Positions 8,663-17,120 of a stretch of 32,000 bases of DNA are shown one piece after another. The position numbers and the translations under genes were made by a program. Position 1 is the first letter of the stretch, and every line of letters starts with the position of its first letter. Source of the DNA: Klebsiella phage May; the sequence record MG428991.1, one strand, 5' to 3'. Under the pieces are notes generated by a model that had not been told where the DNA came from, made no database searches, and saw only the letters and a program-made list of their open reading frames with translations.

Positions 8663-10853
8663 ATCATTAGAATTTAAGAACGCGGTTACGACTGCTGCCC
8701 CGTCCAACCATGTAATCGTTGTGGACATCTCTTATTCCATGTGCTATGCGTTGCCGAAGCTGCGCCAGCACCTGAAAGAAAACCTGCCGTCGCTGGTCAA
8801 GCCGGAAGACACTATCAGTATCCTGTACTTCTCTTCCCGTGGTGACTTCGGTACTGTGTTCGCTGGGCGCCAGGTCACTAACGCATCTGATCTGTCTGAG
8901 CTGGGTAAACTGATCGACCGCTTCCTGCAACCAACTGGCTGCACCGGGTTTGTTGAACCTCTCAAGCTGGCTATCGAAACCGCCAACGATCTGAAAAAGT
9001 CCGGCGTCATCAACTCCCTGGTGTTCATGACTGACGGTTATGACAACTGCTGGCGTTCCAGTGAAATTCTCGCGGTGGCGGAGCAGCTGCCGAAGGCGTA
9101 CGACAACATCACCCTGATCGAATACGGCTGGAACTGCAACCGTGAATTGCTGCAGAAAATGGCGGAGTGCTCCGGTGCAACCCACGTGTTCGCAGAAGGC
9201 CAGGAAGAATACCAAACCGAACTGGAAACGGCGATGGTGTCGGTTGCTCCGCGCGTTCGTGTTGATTTCAGCGTCATCTATTCCTACGCGGTTTATATCG
9301 AAAATGGCATCGCCACTATCCTGGCTGCTCAATCGGACGAAGATCATCCGGTCAATTACGTCAGCATCCCTGAGAGCGTCTCTAAGCTGTGGGTTGTTGA
9401 TCCTGATATGATCGACCAGCTGGATAACCTGGCGGACGTTGAAGCGGCATATGTGCTGGCTCTCTTTGGTGTTCATACTATGGACGCCGACCTGGTTTGG
9501 GCCGCGCTGAAAAAGACTGGTGACGTGCGCTTCATCAAACAGTACACCAACTGCTTCACCAAGCAGGATTACTCCAACATCAAAACCGATATCACGGCAG
9601 CAATTGTCGACCCGGCGCTGCGTGGTGTAGACGGTATCGATTATAATCTGGTGCCGCCGGAAGATGCGACTACCGTTGTAGACGTCCTGACTTACCTGGC
9701 TGGTGCAGATGCCCAACTGGTTGTAGATCACCCGCTGTTCTCCTACAAGCGTATCGGTCGCGGTACGGTTCAGAAAGCCGATGATACCGAAGACAAATTG
9801 GCGGCAGAAATTGCCGAAGCCAAGACCAAAGAAGAGCGTAAAGCGCTGGCTCTAAAACTGGCCGAGCATGAAGACTGGACTCCTGTATTCGAACCGGTGA
9901 AAGGCGCGGGCGTCCCCATCAGCAATCTGGTGTACAACTCGTCTCGCCCGAACATCAGTCTGCAGACTGTGCAAAACGGGACCGTCGTTATTCCGAAGTT
10001 CGCACAAGAGAAATACGACCTGCCGGAATCTATTGACACGTGGCAGTGGAAGAACTACACCATCGTCAAAGACGGTATCATCCATATGAAGACCCTTCCT
10101 GTGGTCTGCTCTCTGGAAACCGTGTCTGAGCTGGTGAGCAAAGGCGTTGAAGTTTACGGCGGGCCGGAAGTGTTCATCGTTAATCTGGGCAGCGTTCCTC
10201 TGGTTAACCGCGCGATGGTTAAGAACATCAGCGCCGCGCAGTTCTTTGCCGACCATGTCCGCCTGGAAGCCCTGAAAGCCAAGCAGAAGGTTCTCAAATA
10301 CTTCCGTGACGAACTGGTTGGGCGCGGTAATGCTGTTGGACTGGCAGGCAAATACGGCGCAGAAGCGGCTGAGTTCTTGTCCGCAAATGGCATCCGCGAT
10401 TACGGCTTCTCTCCGAAGACCGCATCGGTTGAGTCTACTGATTTCTACATGAGCCGTGAACTCAATGTGAAGATCAAAGGCGCGTCCTCTCTGCCGTCAA
10501 TCGCCGCCGTTCTGAAGAAACAGGCAGACAACAAAAAGCTGAACGCTGCTGATCAGCTGATTGCCAATGCGCTGGCAGAATACAATGCCTTTGTCAAATC
10601 TCCGGCGGTGACAGCAGTCCCGGAAGCAACTCAGGCCAAGATCATTGAATCTTGGATCAGTGACGCGGCCAAAGCAGCTATCACCAAAGTGCGTGAATTG
10701 AACAAGACCCTGTCTAAATCGATGTATGCCATCGTTGCAGGCCATGGCTGGTTCACCGACCTGGATCTGGAAGATTCCACTATGGAAGTGGAAGTTGACG
10801 GTGTGAAATATACCGTCAGCGCAGTCCTGGAAGAGAAAGAGATCAAAATCTAA
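8655..10853 (+). CDS. von Willebrand factor A domain protein
   Basis: N-terminal VIVVDISYSM (MIDAS DxSxS) and FMTDGYDN; start taken at MIESLEF rather than the upstream TTG-type start. Confidence 0.8.
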   Translation: MIESLEFKNAVTTAAPSNHVIVVDISYSMCYALPKLRQHLKENLPSLVKPEDTISILYFSSRGDFGTVFAGRQVTNASDLSELGKLIDRFLQPTGCTGFVEPLKLAIETANDLKKSGVINSLVFMTDGYDNCWRSSEILAVAEQLPKAYDNITLIEYGWNCNRELLQKMAECSGATHVFAEGQEEYQTELETAMVSVAPRVRVDFSVIYSYAVYIENGIATILAAQSDEDHPVNYVSIPESVSKLWVVDPDMIDQLDNLADVEAAYVLALFGVHTMDADLVWAALKKTGDVRFIKQYTNCFTKQDYSNIKTDITAAIVDPALRGVDGIDYNLVPPEDATTVVDVLTYLAGADAQLVVDHPLFSYKRIGRGTVQKADDTEDKLAAEIAEAKTKEERKALALKLAEHEDWTPVFEPVKGAGVPISNLVYNSSRPNISLQTVQNGTVVIPKFAQEKYDLPESIDTWQWKNYTIVKDGIIHMKTLPVVCSLETVSELVSKGVEVYGGPEVFIVNLGSVPLVNRAMVKNISAAQFFADHVRLEALKAKQKVLKYFRDELVGRGNAVGLAGKYGAEAAEFLSANGIRDYGFSPKTASVESTDFYMSRELNVKIKGASSLPSIAAVLKKQADNKKLNAADQLIANALAEYNAFVKSPAVTAVPEATQAKIIESWISDAAKAAITKVRELNKTLSKSMYAIVAGHGWFTDLDLEDSTMEVEVDGVKYTVSAVLEEKEIKI

Positions 10854-10861
10854 CCAACTGA

Positions 10862-10882
10862 GCCGGGGAAACCCGGCCTTTT
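10862..10882 (+). terminator. rho-independent terminator with GAAA tetraloop
   Basis: GCCGGG-GAAA-CCCGGC then CTTTT. Confidence 0.8.
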
Positions 10883-10896
10883 CATAAGGTGTCATT

Positions 10897-11238
10897 ATGT
10901 CTAAGAACGTGTCTTATATCGATGTTATGCGCCACCTTGTTCAGTATGCAGGTGACAATCTGAATATGGAGTTATGGCGTGAAAAGCACCACTCCGAAAC
11001 GATACAACGTGCTGTCGACAACATCGATAAACTCGAAGATCAATTAGAATCGCTGGCTCCGTTGCGCGTCAAAGAACATCTGGGTGGTGATGAACTTGAC
11101 GCCATCGAAATCATCATGGATTTAGAAGAAGAATATGATGTAGAGATCAGTGACGGTTGGGTCGGCAACCACAAAGATGATCCAACTCTGGGTGATCTGG
11201 CTGAATATGTGGTGCGTTTAGTCAATAAAAACGGCTGA
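10897..11238 (+). CDS. acyl-carrier-protein-like protein lacking the phosphopantetheine-acceptor serine
   Basis: HLGGDELDAIEIIMDLEEEYDVEISD aligns with the ACP core [25 protein letters not shown]; Ser replaced by Glu. Confidence 0.7.
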   Translation: MSKNVSYIDVMRHLVQYAGDNLNMELWREKHHSETIQRAVDNIDKLEDQLESLAPLRVKEHLGGDELDAIEIIMDLEEEYDVEISDGWVGNHKDDPTLGDLAEYVVRLVNKNG

Positions 11239-11283
11239 ACTGGTTTACTTCTTCAATAAAAGAAACTATTATTGAATTCGTAG

Positions 11284-11302
11284 GGCGGGAACGGCTCCCG
11301 CC
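11284..11302 (+). other. intergenic hairpin without clear U-tract
   Basis: GGCGGGA-ACGGC-TCCCGCC. Confidence 0.5.
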
Positions 11303-11324
11303 TGATTGAAGAAGGTCCTATTTT

Positions 11325-11561
11325 ATGAGCAATAAGAAAGTTGAAACCACGGTTGAAATTGAAAAGAATTGGGGTTTCCTGCGAGCCAAAGGCTTCCGCC
11401 GTGTGTATGCTGCGAAGGAAGTCTATGTCCAGCGTAAAGACGTCATAATAAGCAAGAAGGGTAAGTCCTGGGTGGCCGAGGAAGTGGACGAAGACGGCAT
11501 CGTAGGCAAGATTAAGGCCAAGGCCGAAATCCTCTTCTCTCTTCTGAAGCAAATCAATTAA
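11325..11561 (+). CDS. hypothetical small basic protein
   Basis: 78-aa ORF with a GAAGG SD upstream and a terminator downstream. Confidence 0.6.
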   Translation: MSNKKVETTVEIEKNWGFLRAKGFRRVYAAKEVYVQRKDVIISKKGKSWVAEEVDEDGIVGKIKAKAEILFSLLKQIN

Positions 11562-11574
11562 AATCAATAACACG

Positions 11575-11601
11575 GACGGGGTATGATTGCCCCGTCTATT
11601 T
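11575..11601 (+). terminator. rho-independent terminator
   Basis: GACGGGG-TATGATTG-CCCCGTC then TATTT. Confidence 0.65.
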
Positions 11602-11620
11602 GAAACGCAGGATTCATATC

Positions 11621-11989
11621 ATGAAAAAGTTAATCATCGCCTTGTCTCTGGTGTCTCTTTCTTTCGCCGCCCATGCTGATCGTGTGGTAAAAGGCATCTC
11701 GTTTGACGGGAAATATTCCTTCCAGGCGTTTGGCGCCGACCTGGTATTGACCCAAGGTAAAAAGACCGTTTATCGTTGCAAATACGATGAAACGATCCGT
11801 GGGATAGATAAGGCCAATGACCCGTATATTCTGGACATTTACCAGTGTGGTCAAAAAACCCTGGGCGTAAAAACTTTCGGTCGAATTGAAGACGGCGGAT
11901 GGGTAACGGTTTTGGCAACTGTCAATAACAAAACTGTGGAAGTTTTCCAGAAACCGTTCAATATTTACACTGAGGCGAATTCATTATGA
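11621..11989 (+). CDS. predicted exported protein with signal peptide
   Basis: MKKLIIALSLVSLSFAAHA signal peptide ending AHA|D; two Cys in the mature part. Start set at MKK, not the upstream frame extension. Confidence 0.7.
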   Translation: MKKLIIALSLVSLSFAAHADRVVKGISFDGKYSFQAFGADLVLTQGKKTVYRCKYDETIRGIDKANDPYILDIYQCGQKTLGVKTFGRIEDGGWVTVLATVNNKTVEVFQKPFNIYTEANSL

Positions 11990-12285
11990 TCAAGAACCCA
12001 AGTATTCATGATGCGGTGACAAATATTGTCAGAAGGGAATTTGATTGTCTAAGGGTTCCGGCTCGGCGTATTACTCGCTTATTGGAGGCGAAAGTCGCCA
12101 TTGAAGAAGGTGATACTAAATCTGCAATGTTGTCGATGTTGGAAGTGATTGTCCGGTTGTCTGATGATGACAATGTTAAATCTGTAGACGATCTAACAAA
12201 ACTTCTAAACACAACAATTCAGGTTCGTTTAGATACAGGACCATTCACCTTACGTGAACTGATCAAAGAAGGGGTTGGAAAATGA
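11986..12285 (+). CDS. hypothetical protein
   Basis: 99-aa ORF, ATGA overlaps on both sides. Confidence 0.6.
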   Translation: MIKNPSIHDAVTNIVRREFDCLRVPARRITRLLEAKVAIEEGDTKSAMLSMLEVIVRLSDDDNVKSVDDLTKLLNTTIQVRLDTGPFTLRELIKEGVGK

Positions 12286-12458
12286 TTATTAATTGGGAAT
12301 TAGTCGGCTTGGTGCTCAGCATTATTTTCGGCTTGGTGGGTGTAATTTGGGTAATCATTGGCATCTGGTTCTATCGTTTCTTCACCAAATATGAGAAACG
12401 CGATGCCGAACGCCGGGCACGTCAGGAAGATATTCGAAATCGCCGGGAGAACTGGTGA
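12282..12458 (+). CDS. small predicted membrane protein (58 aa)
   Basis: MIINWELVGLVLSIIFGLVGVIWVIIGIWFYRFFTKYEKRDAERRARQEDIRNRRENW; one hydrophobic helix and a charged tail; ATGA overlaps. Confidence 0.6.
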   Translation: MIINWELVGLVLSIIFGLVGVIWVIIGIWFYRFFTKYEKRDAERRARQEDIRNRRENW

Positions 12459-12571
12459 TGGAAGAAAATGTCTGGCATGTCATTGGCGGCAATCTTCTGG
12501 GTATTCTGATCGTCTGGTTCTGTTATTGGTTTGGTGGCAAACTGGCTAAATTTTTCCACGGGCGTGACTAA
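12458..12571 (+). CDS. small predicted membrane protein (37 aa)
   Basis: MEENVWHVIGGNLLGILIVWFCYWFGGKLAKFFHGRD; start overlaps the previous stop. Confidence 0.5.
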   Translation: MEENVWHVIGGNLLGILIVWFCYWFGGKLAKFFHGRD

Positions 12572-12603
12572 CTAAGGGATAACTCCATATCCCGAGGTGT
12601 GCC

Positions 12604-13053
12604 ATGTTTCTGACTTCCTTTATCGACTGGATGAATATCATCAATGGCCTGAGGATTCCTGTGGGAAACCTCGGGCTTTCTCGTTCTTCTATGCCACAAA
12701 TTGACGCTGATAAACAGCAAGACTTCCATGATTATCTGGAAGACAACGGCGTCACTATCGATGCATCTCAAGTTCCGATCCGGTCATTGCGTCTGACCCA
12801 GAACGAAATCAACAAAATGAAAGTCTGGAAGATAATGAAACAGATCAGGAACAAGAAGCCGATGGGCCGGGTTTGGGTGTCGTCAGACAATTACGTCGTT
12901 GATGGTTCTCATCGGTTCGTCGCCGCTTTGAATATGGATGGGAAGCAGCGCATGAAGGTCTACAAAGTTGATATGCCTGCCATGGAATTTGTCAAATTAG
13001 CTCGACAATTCAATGGTGTGCGTTATCGTACTGTTTCTGATGCGCGTTTCTGA
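12604..13053 (+). CDS. ParB/Srx-fold-like protein
   Basis: VPIRSLRLTQNEINKMKV...GRVWVSSDNYVVDGSHRFVAALNMDG: ParB-like VDGxHR motif. Confidence 0.65.
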   Translation: MFLTSFIDWMNIINGLRIPVGNLGLSRSSMPQIDADKQQDFHDYLEDNGVTIDASQVPIRSLRLTQNEINKMKVWKIMKQIRNKKPMGRVWVSSDNYVVDGSHRFVAALNMDGKQRMKVYKVDMPAMEFVKLARQFNGVRYRTVSDARF

Positions 13054-13131
13054 ATAAAGAATAATATTGAAAACCTTTACTCAATAATCCTTCCGAACTA
13101 CTATTTCCTCAATGAACAAGAGGGAATCACC

Positions 13132-13818
13132 ATGAAACGTTTAATCCTTGGGGTGCTGCTGGCTGGCCTGGCGCTCCCCGCCGCTGCCAAACTGAACTCC
13201 ACAGGCGAAAAACTGTGGGGAGATCTTTCTTACTGTGCTGGATGGTCTCAGGCTGTTGCCATAGACAAGACTGGTTCCATCGAGAATTTTGCTGAATTGT
13301 GGAATACAGGCAACGTCACTGATGCTGTAGTTAATGCCGGGATTGAATTTAATCGTTACAAACAAGGAGCCTATAATCTGAAAGGCTACCTGAATGATGA
13401 CAAATTCAACAAAGGCGGGATGGACGCAGCAGATCTGATTATGACCGGGCGTATGGGTACAGCAGGGCGAATCCAGGTTAGACAATGCCGTGCACTTCCC
13501 ATCCCGGCTCTACAGAAAGGCGTCACCATCGGTCGTCGTCATCTTGATCTTATCAACGATGGCAACCAGTGCGTCAAAGTATTCGAATACAGCGCAGACC
13601 AGGTTAGTGATCCACGCCTGAAGAAAGAATGGCGGACTCGTGCTCTGGGGCTTCGGGCCTGGTTGGTAGAGAATGATCATTATTACCAGGACAGGGTTGA
13701 TGCAGGTCTCAAAGATTTATCGACTAACTTGTCTGTGAATCTGGATGATCCAAGGCTTTCCCGGGAACTCCAACAGACACGTATTGACTGTGACAACATG
13801 ATGAAGGAGAACGAATAA
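13132..13818 (+). CDS. predicted exported protein
   Basis: Signal peptide MKRLILGVLLAGLALPAAA|K; several Cys in the mature part. Confidence 0.7.
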   Translation: MKRLILGVLLAGLALPAAAKLNSTGEKLWGDLSYCAGWSQAVAIDKTGSIENFAELWNTGNVTDAVVNAGIEFNRYKQGAYNLKGYLNDDKFNKGGMDAADLIMTGRMGTAGRIQVRQCRALPIPALQKGVTIGRRHLDLINDGNQCVKVFEYSADQVSDPRLKKEWRTRALGLRAWLVENDHYYQDRVDAGLKDLSTNLSVNLDDPRLSRELQQTRIDCDNMMKENE

Positions 13819-14162
13819 TGCGCGTTAAAAAATCTACTGTCGTTATCGTCTACCTGATTTTGGTCGGTGTCTTTGGTCTCTGGGCAAATCATGCATTGGC
13901 GATTCCGGCTAACAATCTGAATAAATGCGCTGCATGGCTGTCTACCTATCAGCAATTTCATCCTGACGATAAAGATACTTCCATTTTGCTTTCTGATTTT
14001 GAAGGTGAAATGAAACGTCTGGATCAGTACAGCACAGACCAGATTGAGAATGCTCTGGATTTACCAATGATGGAATCCGCCGCCGACAATAGTCATCAAA
14101 CTGTTGTTGATTTAATGTATTGCCGTGACATTGCGATTAACTTTACCCGTAATCAAAAATAA
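13818..14162 (+). CDS. predicted exported/anchored protein
   Basis: MRVKKSTVVIVYLILVGVFGLWANHALA|IP signal or anchor; TAATG coupling to the upstream gene. Confidence 0.65.
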   Translation: MRVKKSTVVIVYLILVGVFGLWANHALAIPANNLNKCAAWLSTYQQFHPDDKDTSILLSDFEGEMKRLDQYSTDQIENALDLPMMESAADNSHQTVVDLMYCRDIAINFTRNQK

Positions 14163-14210
14163 AATCGGGTTAAAATTTAGGCTCTAATTGAAACCATCGG
14201 AGTACTTTAA

Positions 14211-14966
14211 ATGGCTGACAATGAATTGACTGACAACAAAATAGCTGAGATCATTAAACAGCATTCCCGTTATGCCCCCAATGGTGCTAATGTCATCATG
14301 GTACACAAAGACGGGCGTGTATTCTTTGCTGAAAAGTTTGAGCAAGGGTGCCAGTTCTGGGATGCGAGCACGATGCTTACCCGTACTCTGCAGGGTATCA
14401 TCTATTCCTGTTCTCTGGTCGCGAAGCGTAGCGATGCCGGTCATTGGGTTAGTGTTAATGATCTCGGGGGTATTATGGGTGGAAAGGAATACCCGACAAA
14501 ACGCTCTCCGCCGCCTTATGTCAAAGAACAGATGTCCAAGATTACCAATCGTCCAAGGCCGACCCCGAAAGAACCGAAAGTCGAAGTCGTTCCTGCAACG
14601 GCTGTAGAAACAAAATCAGCCAAAAAGGATACTGATTGGCGTTCTGAATTTATTGGGGTTAAAGAATTGGATTGTGAACGTAATCCTCGCAATCACCCAT
14701 TGTTCGTATCAATACGGGCTGATGGCAAAATCATCCTGAGCAAAGGTCTTCTGGAAAAGATCGATGACAACTTTGATTTTCTGGTGTCTAAGGATCGGAA
14801 GGTCATTGCCCTGGTGAAAAACGGTTCTATGTATAACAGGAACAAATCAGGGAATTACGCTCACAAAGGCCTCCCCAAGTATCTCAAGTTCCCAGAAGAT
14901 TCCGGTACAGTTCGGATCTATATGGATTGGGATCAAGAAAAGAACGCATTTATCGGCAGTCTATAA
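14211..14966 (+). CDS. hypothetical protein
   Basis: 251-aa ORF with upstream SD (cggagtac). Confidence 0.6.
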   Translation: MADNELTDNKIAEIIKQHSRYAPNGANVIMVHKDGRVFFAEKFEQGCQFWDASTMLTRTLQGIIYSCSLVAKRSDAGHWVSVNDLGGIMGGKEYPTKRSPPPYVKEQMSKITNRPRPTPKEPKVEVVPATAVETKSAKKDTDWRSEFIGVKELDCERNPRNHPLFVSIRADGKIILSKGLLEKIDDNFDFLVSKDRKVIALVKNGSMYNRNKSGNYAHKGLPKYLKFPEDSGTVRIYMDWDQEKNAFIGSL

Positions 14967-14972
14967 TATCGG

Positions 14973-14996
14973 GGCGGTTATAATGACCGCCTCTTT
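14973..14996 (+). terminator. probable terminator hairpin with TATAATG in loop
   Basis: GGCGGT-TATAATG-ACCGCC then TCTTT. Confidence 0.55.
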
Positions 14997-15014
14997 GATT
15001 TGAAGGAATACATC

Positions 15015-15707
15015 ATGCAAAATATGAATAAACTTTACCCGATCATCATAGGGGCTGACCAAGGTGATCTTTTCTTTCGAGATGAGAAATTTGTTGCACA
15101 CGCAATAACTCCCCAAGGGATGTCTGTTTATTGCGTAGAACATCCAGATCCGACTGAATACGGGCTTTTTCGTCGCGTTAATGGTAGTTTAGCCCCCATC
15201 CCGGATGATTATATCATCCGTGCCCGCCGCTATTTCATTGACTTCAATCGGATGCACAACAATGAGATTGATGCTCGTTGGCATGCTGCCCGGAATTTGG
15301 TGGAGTCCAACGGCAATGATGCGTACCGGATCGTTCAGTTTGATGAAGAAAACAAGACCATCACGTGGAACATTTCTTCATTACGTGGCAGATCACGTGA
15401 AGTTGTCACATCGTGGACGCATAAAGAGCAAATCCCAGTTTCTACTTCTGATTTCCTGGAAGTAGAGAAGCAATGTAATCTGAACCGTATTTCCGTCGTT
15501 GCTAACGATGATTATGGCGAAGAACTTTATTGGACTGCGTTTACGCCAGGTTCTACCCTGCGTATGCATGCCGAAACTCGTTCTCGCGCGGTAATCCAAT
15601 ACTGTCTGTGGGAATTATACCGTCGCAATCCTGGTATGCTGATCAGTCAGGATACCACCGATTGGTTGCTTATGAACCGTGGTCGTATTGATTGGAGCGC
15701 ATTATGA
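15015..15707 (+). CDS. hypothetical protein
   Basis: ORF track 15000..15707; MQNMNKLYP start preceded by aaggaa. Confidence 0.6.
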   Translation: MQNMNKLYPIIIGADQGDLFFRDEKFVAHAITPQGMSVYCVEHPDPTEYGLFRRVNGSLAPIPDDYIIRARRYFIDFNRMHNNEIDARWHAARNLVESNGNDAYRIVQFDEENKTITWNISSLRGRSREVVTSWTHKEQIPVSTSDFLEVEKQCNLNRISVVANDDYGEELYWTAFTPGSTLRMHAETRSRAVIQYCLWELYRRNPGMLISQDTTDWLLMNRGRIDWSAL

Positions 15708-15979
15708 GCATGTTATTTGGCGTCTATCTGGTACATATCGCCGCCAGTCAATCCCAACGTTCTTTCTTCGTGTTGTTGCCAGCAGATAAAGGTATGGGAA
15801 TTGATGATATATCTGCGCTAGAGCACCAATTCTTCCAACGTTGGAAAGACCTGGGGCACCTTGTTAATTTCAACAAATTGACTGACGAGATCACTGCGGA
15901 AGAGAGTGACGGTCTTCGACTTCTTTCACGGTCTGAATTACAACTAATCAGGAGTAACCATGAGCAATCGTATTTTTGA
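15704..15979 (+). CDS. hypothetical protein
   Basis: ATGA overlap with the upstream ORF; start MSMLFGVYLV. Confidence 0.55.
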   Translation: MSMLFGVYLVHIAASQSQRSFFVLLPADKGMGIDDISALEHQFFQRWKDLGHLVNFNKLTDEITAEESDGLRLLSRSELQLIRSNHEQSYF

Positions 15980-16286
15980 TCTCAAATTCCGCGTATGGCA
16001 CGTTCCCCAGGTGCCTGGGAAAATGTTCATGGTGGAAGTTCCCACGTATGCTGAAGCAGAACGTTTGAAGTCGGCGCTGGCCGATTATGATCTGTTCCAG
16101 TACGAGAACAATATCAAGCCCGATTATTGTAATGCCAGCGGTATTCAGATCTACCAACACGACCTCGCCGAAGAAGAGATCGAAGAAATGGGCCTTGATG
16201 ACCGTTGGGTTGACATTGAGGACGATGAAGATCTACAGGAATATCTGAATCACCTTCGTTCTACGGGCTGGGAAATAAAATCATGA
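15960..16286 (+). CDS. hypothetical phage protein
   Basis: 108-aa ORF, overlaps neighbours. Confidence 0.6.
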   Translation: MSNRIFDLKFRVWHVPQVPGKMFMVEVPTYAEAERLKSALADYDLFQYENNIKPDYCNASGIQIYQHDLAEEEIEEMGLDDRWVDIEDDEDLQEYLNHLRSTGWEIKS

Positions 16287-16597
16287 CCATGATCAATTCG
16301 TATATTGTTCAAAAGGGCGATACCCTTATGGGGATCTGTATGAAATTTTATTCAGATCCCTATATGTATTCAGATATAGCGAAGTACAACAATATTATTG
16401 ATCCGAACAAAATCTACATCGGGCAGGTGATTAATTTCCCTCGACCCGTCAACGATCCCCAAACAGTCGTTATTCCGGTGGAACCCACTCAGGAGTGTTT
16501 GGATGCTATCGCTGGTTTATTCCAGGATGGGTTTTGTGATGGTCGTATTGAAAGAGATATTTATGCCGCCGTTGTGCGCTCGGCTCTGAACCAATAA
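16283..16597 (+). CDS. LysM-domain protein
   Basis: SYIVQKGDTLMGICMKFYSDPYMYSDIAKYNNIIDPNKIYIGQVINFP: LysM signature. Confidence 0.85.
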   Translation: MTMINSYIVQKGDTLMGICMKFYSDPYMYSDIAKYNNIIDPNKIYIGQVINFPRPVNDPQTVVIPVEPTQECLDAIAGLFQDGFCDGRIERDIYAAVVRSALNQ

Positions 16598-16714
16598 ATT
16601 ATTGGGTATCGGTAAATAAGCGCTTTATTCAATAAAATTTGTTAGGTAAGCTGTAATCCTCTTGTAGTGAACACAGAAGTAAACATTTAACATAAACCAA
16701 CTGGAGTAATCCGA

Positions 16715-16993
16715 ATGAATCGTCAAGAATTTGTCGCTCACATCGCCCAAACTCAGGGTGTGACCAAAACCGAAGCTGAAAAAACCGTCGCGTCCTTCAT
16801 CGCTGGTATCAACTCTGCCGTCGCTGCCGGCCAGTCCGTCCAATTCGTCGGCTTCGGCACCTTCGAAGTGAAACATCAGGAAGCCCGCGCTGGCCGCAAC
16901 CCGCTTACCGGGGCTGCGCTGACTATCGAAGCGAAAAACGTCGTCAAATTCAAAGTCGGCGAAACTCTGAAAAACGCCGCCAACGGCAAATAA
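16715..16993 (+). CDS. HU/IHF-family DNA-binding protein
   Basis: VGFGTFEVKHQEARAGRNPLTGAALTI is the canonical HU beta-arm region. Confidence 0.95.
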   Translation: MNRQEFVAHIAQTQGVTKTEAEKTVASFIAGINSAVAAGQSVQFVGFGTFEVKHQEARAGRNPLTGAALTIEAKNVVKFKVGETLKNAANGK

Positions 16994-17042
16994 ATTTCAG
17001 TGCTGATCGGCCTGGCTCTACAAAGTAGGGCGTGGCAAAAGG

Positions 17043-17069
17043 AAAAGCCGGGGATTGCCCCGGCTTTTT
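17043..17069 (+). terminator. strong rho-independent terminator
   Basis: AAAAGCCGGGG-ATTG-CCCCGGCTTTTT; 11-bp stem. Confidence 0.9.
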
Positions 17070-17120
17070 CGTTCTTGGGAATCGGGTAAACTATACCAAC
17101 ATCCCCAAAGGAGAAATCAA

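Noticed and set aside
8667-9731. 354-aa minus-strand ORF opposite the VWA gene
   Set aside because: Shadow ORF; the VWA MIDAS motif supports the plus strand.
8492-10853. VWA protein as part of a BREX/ternary defence cassette or MoxR-VWA system
   Set aside because: No associated ATPase, phosphatase or nuclease next to it; only a VWA domain call is supportable.
10862-10882. Short inverted repeat as a regulator operator
   Set aside because: GC stem, GAAA tetraloop and U-tract directly after a stop codon are explained by a standard terminator.
17055-17120. Upstream extension of the helicase ORF to 17055
   Set aside because: The extension reads through the terminator hairpin; GTG at 17121 has a good AAAGGAG SD.
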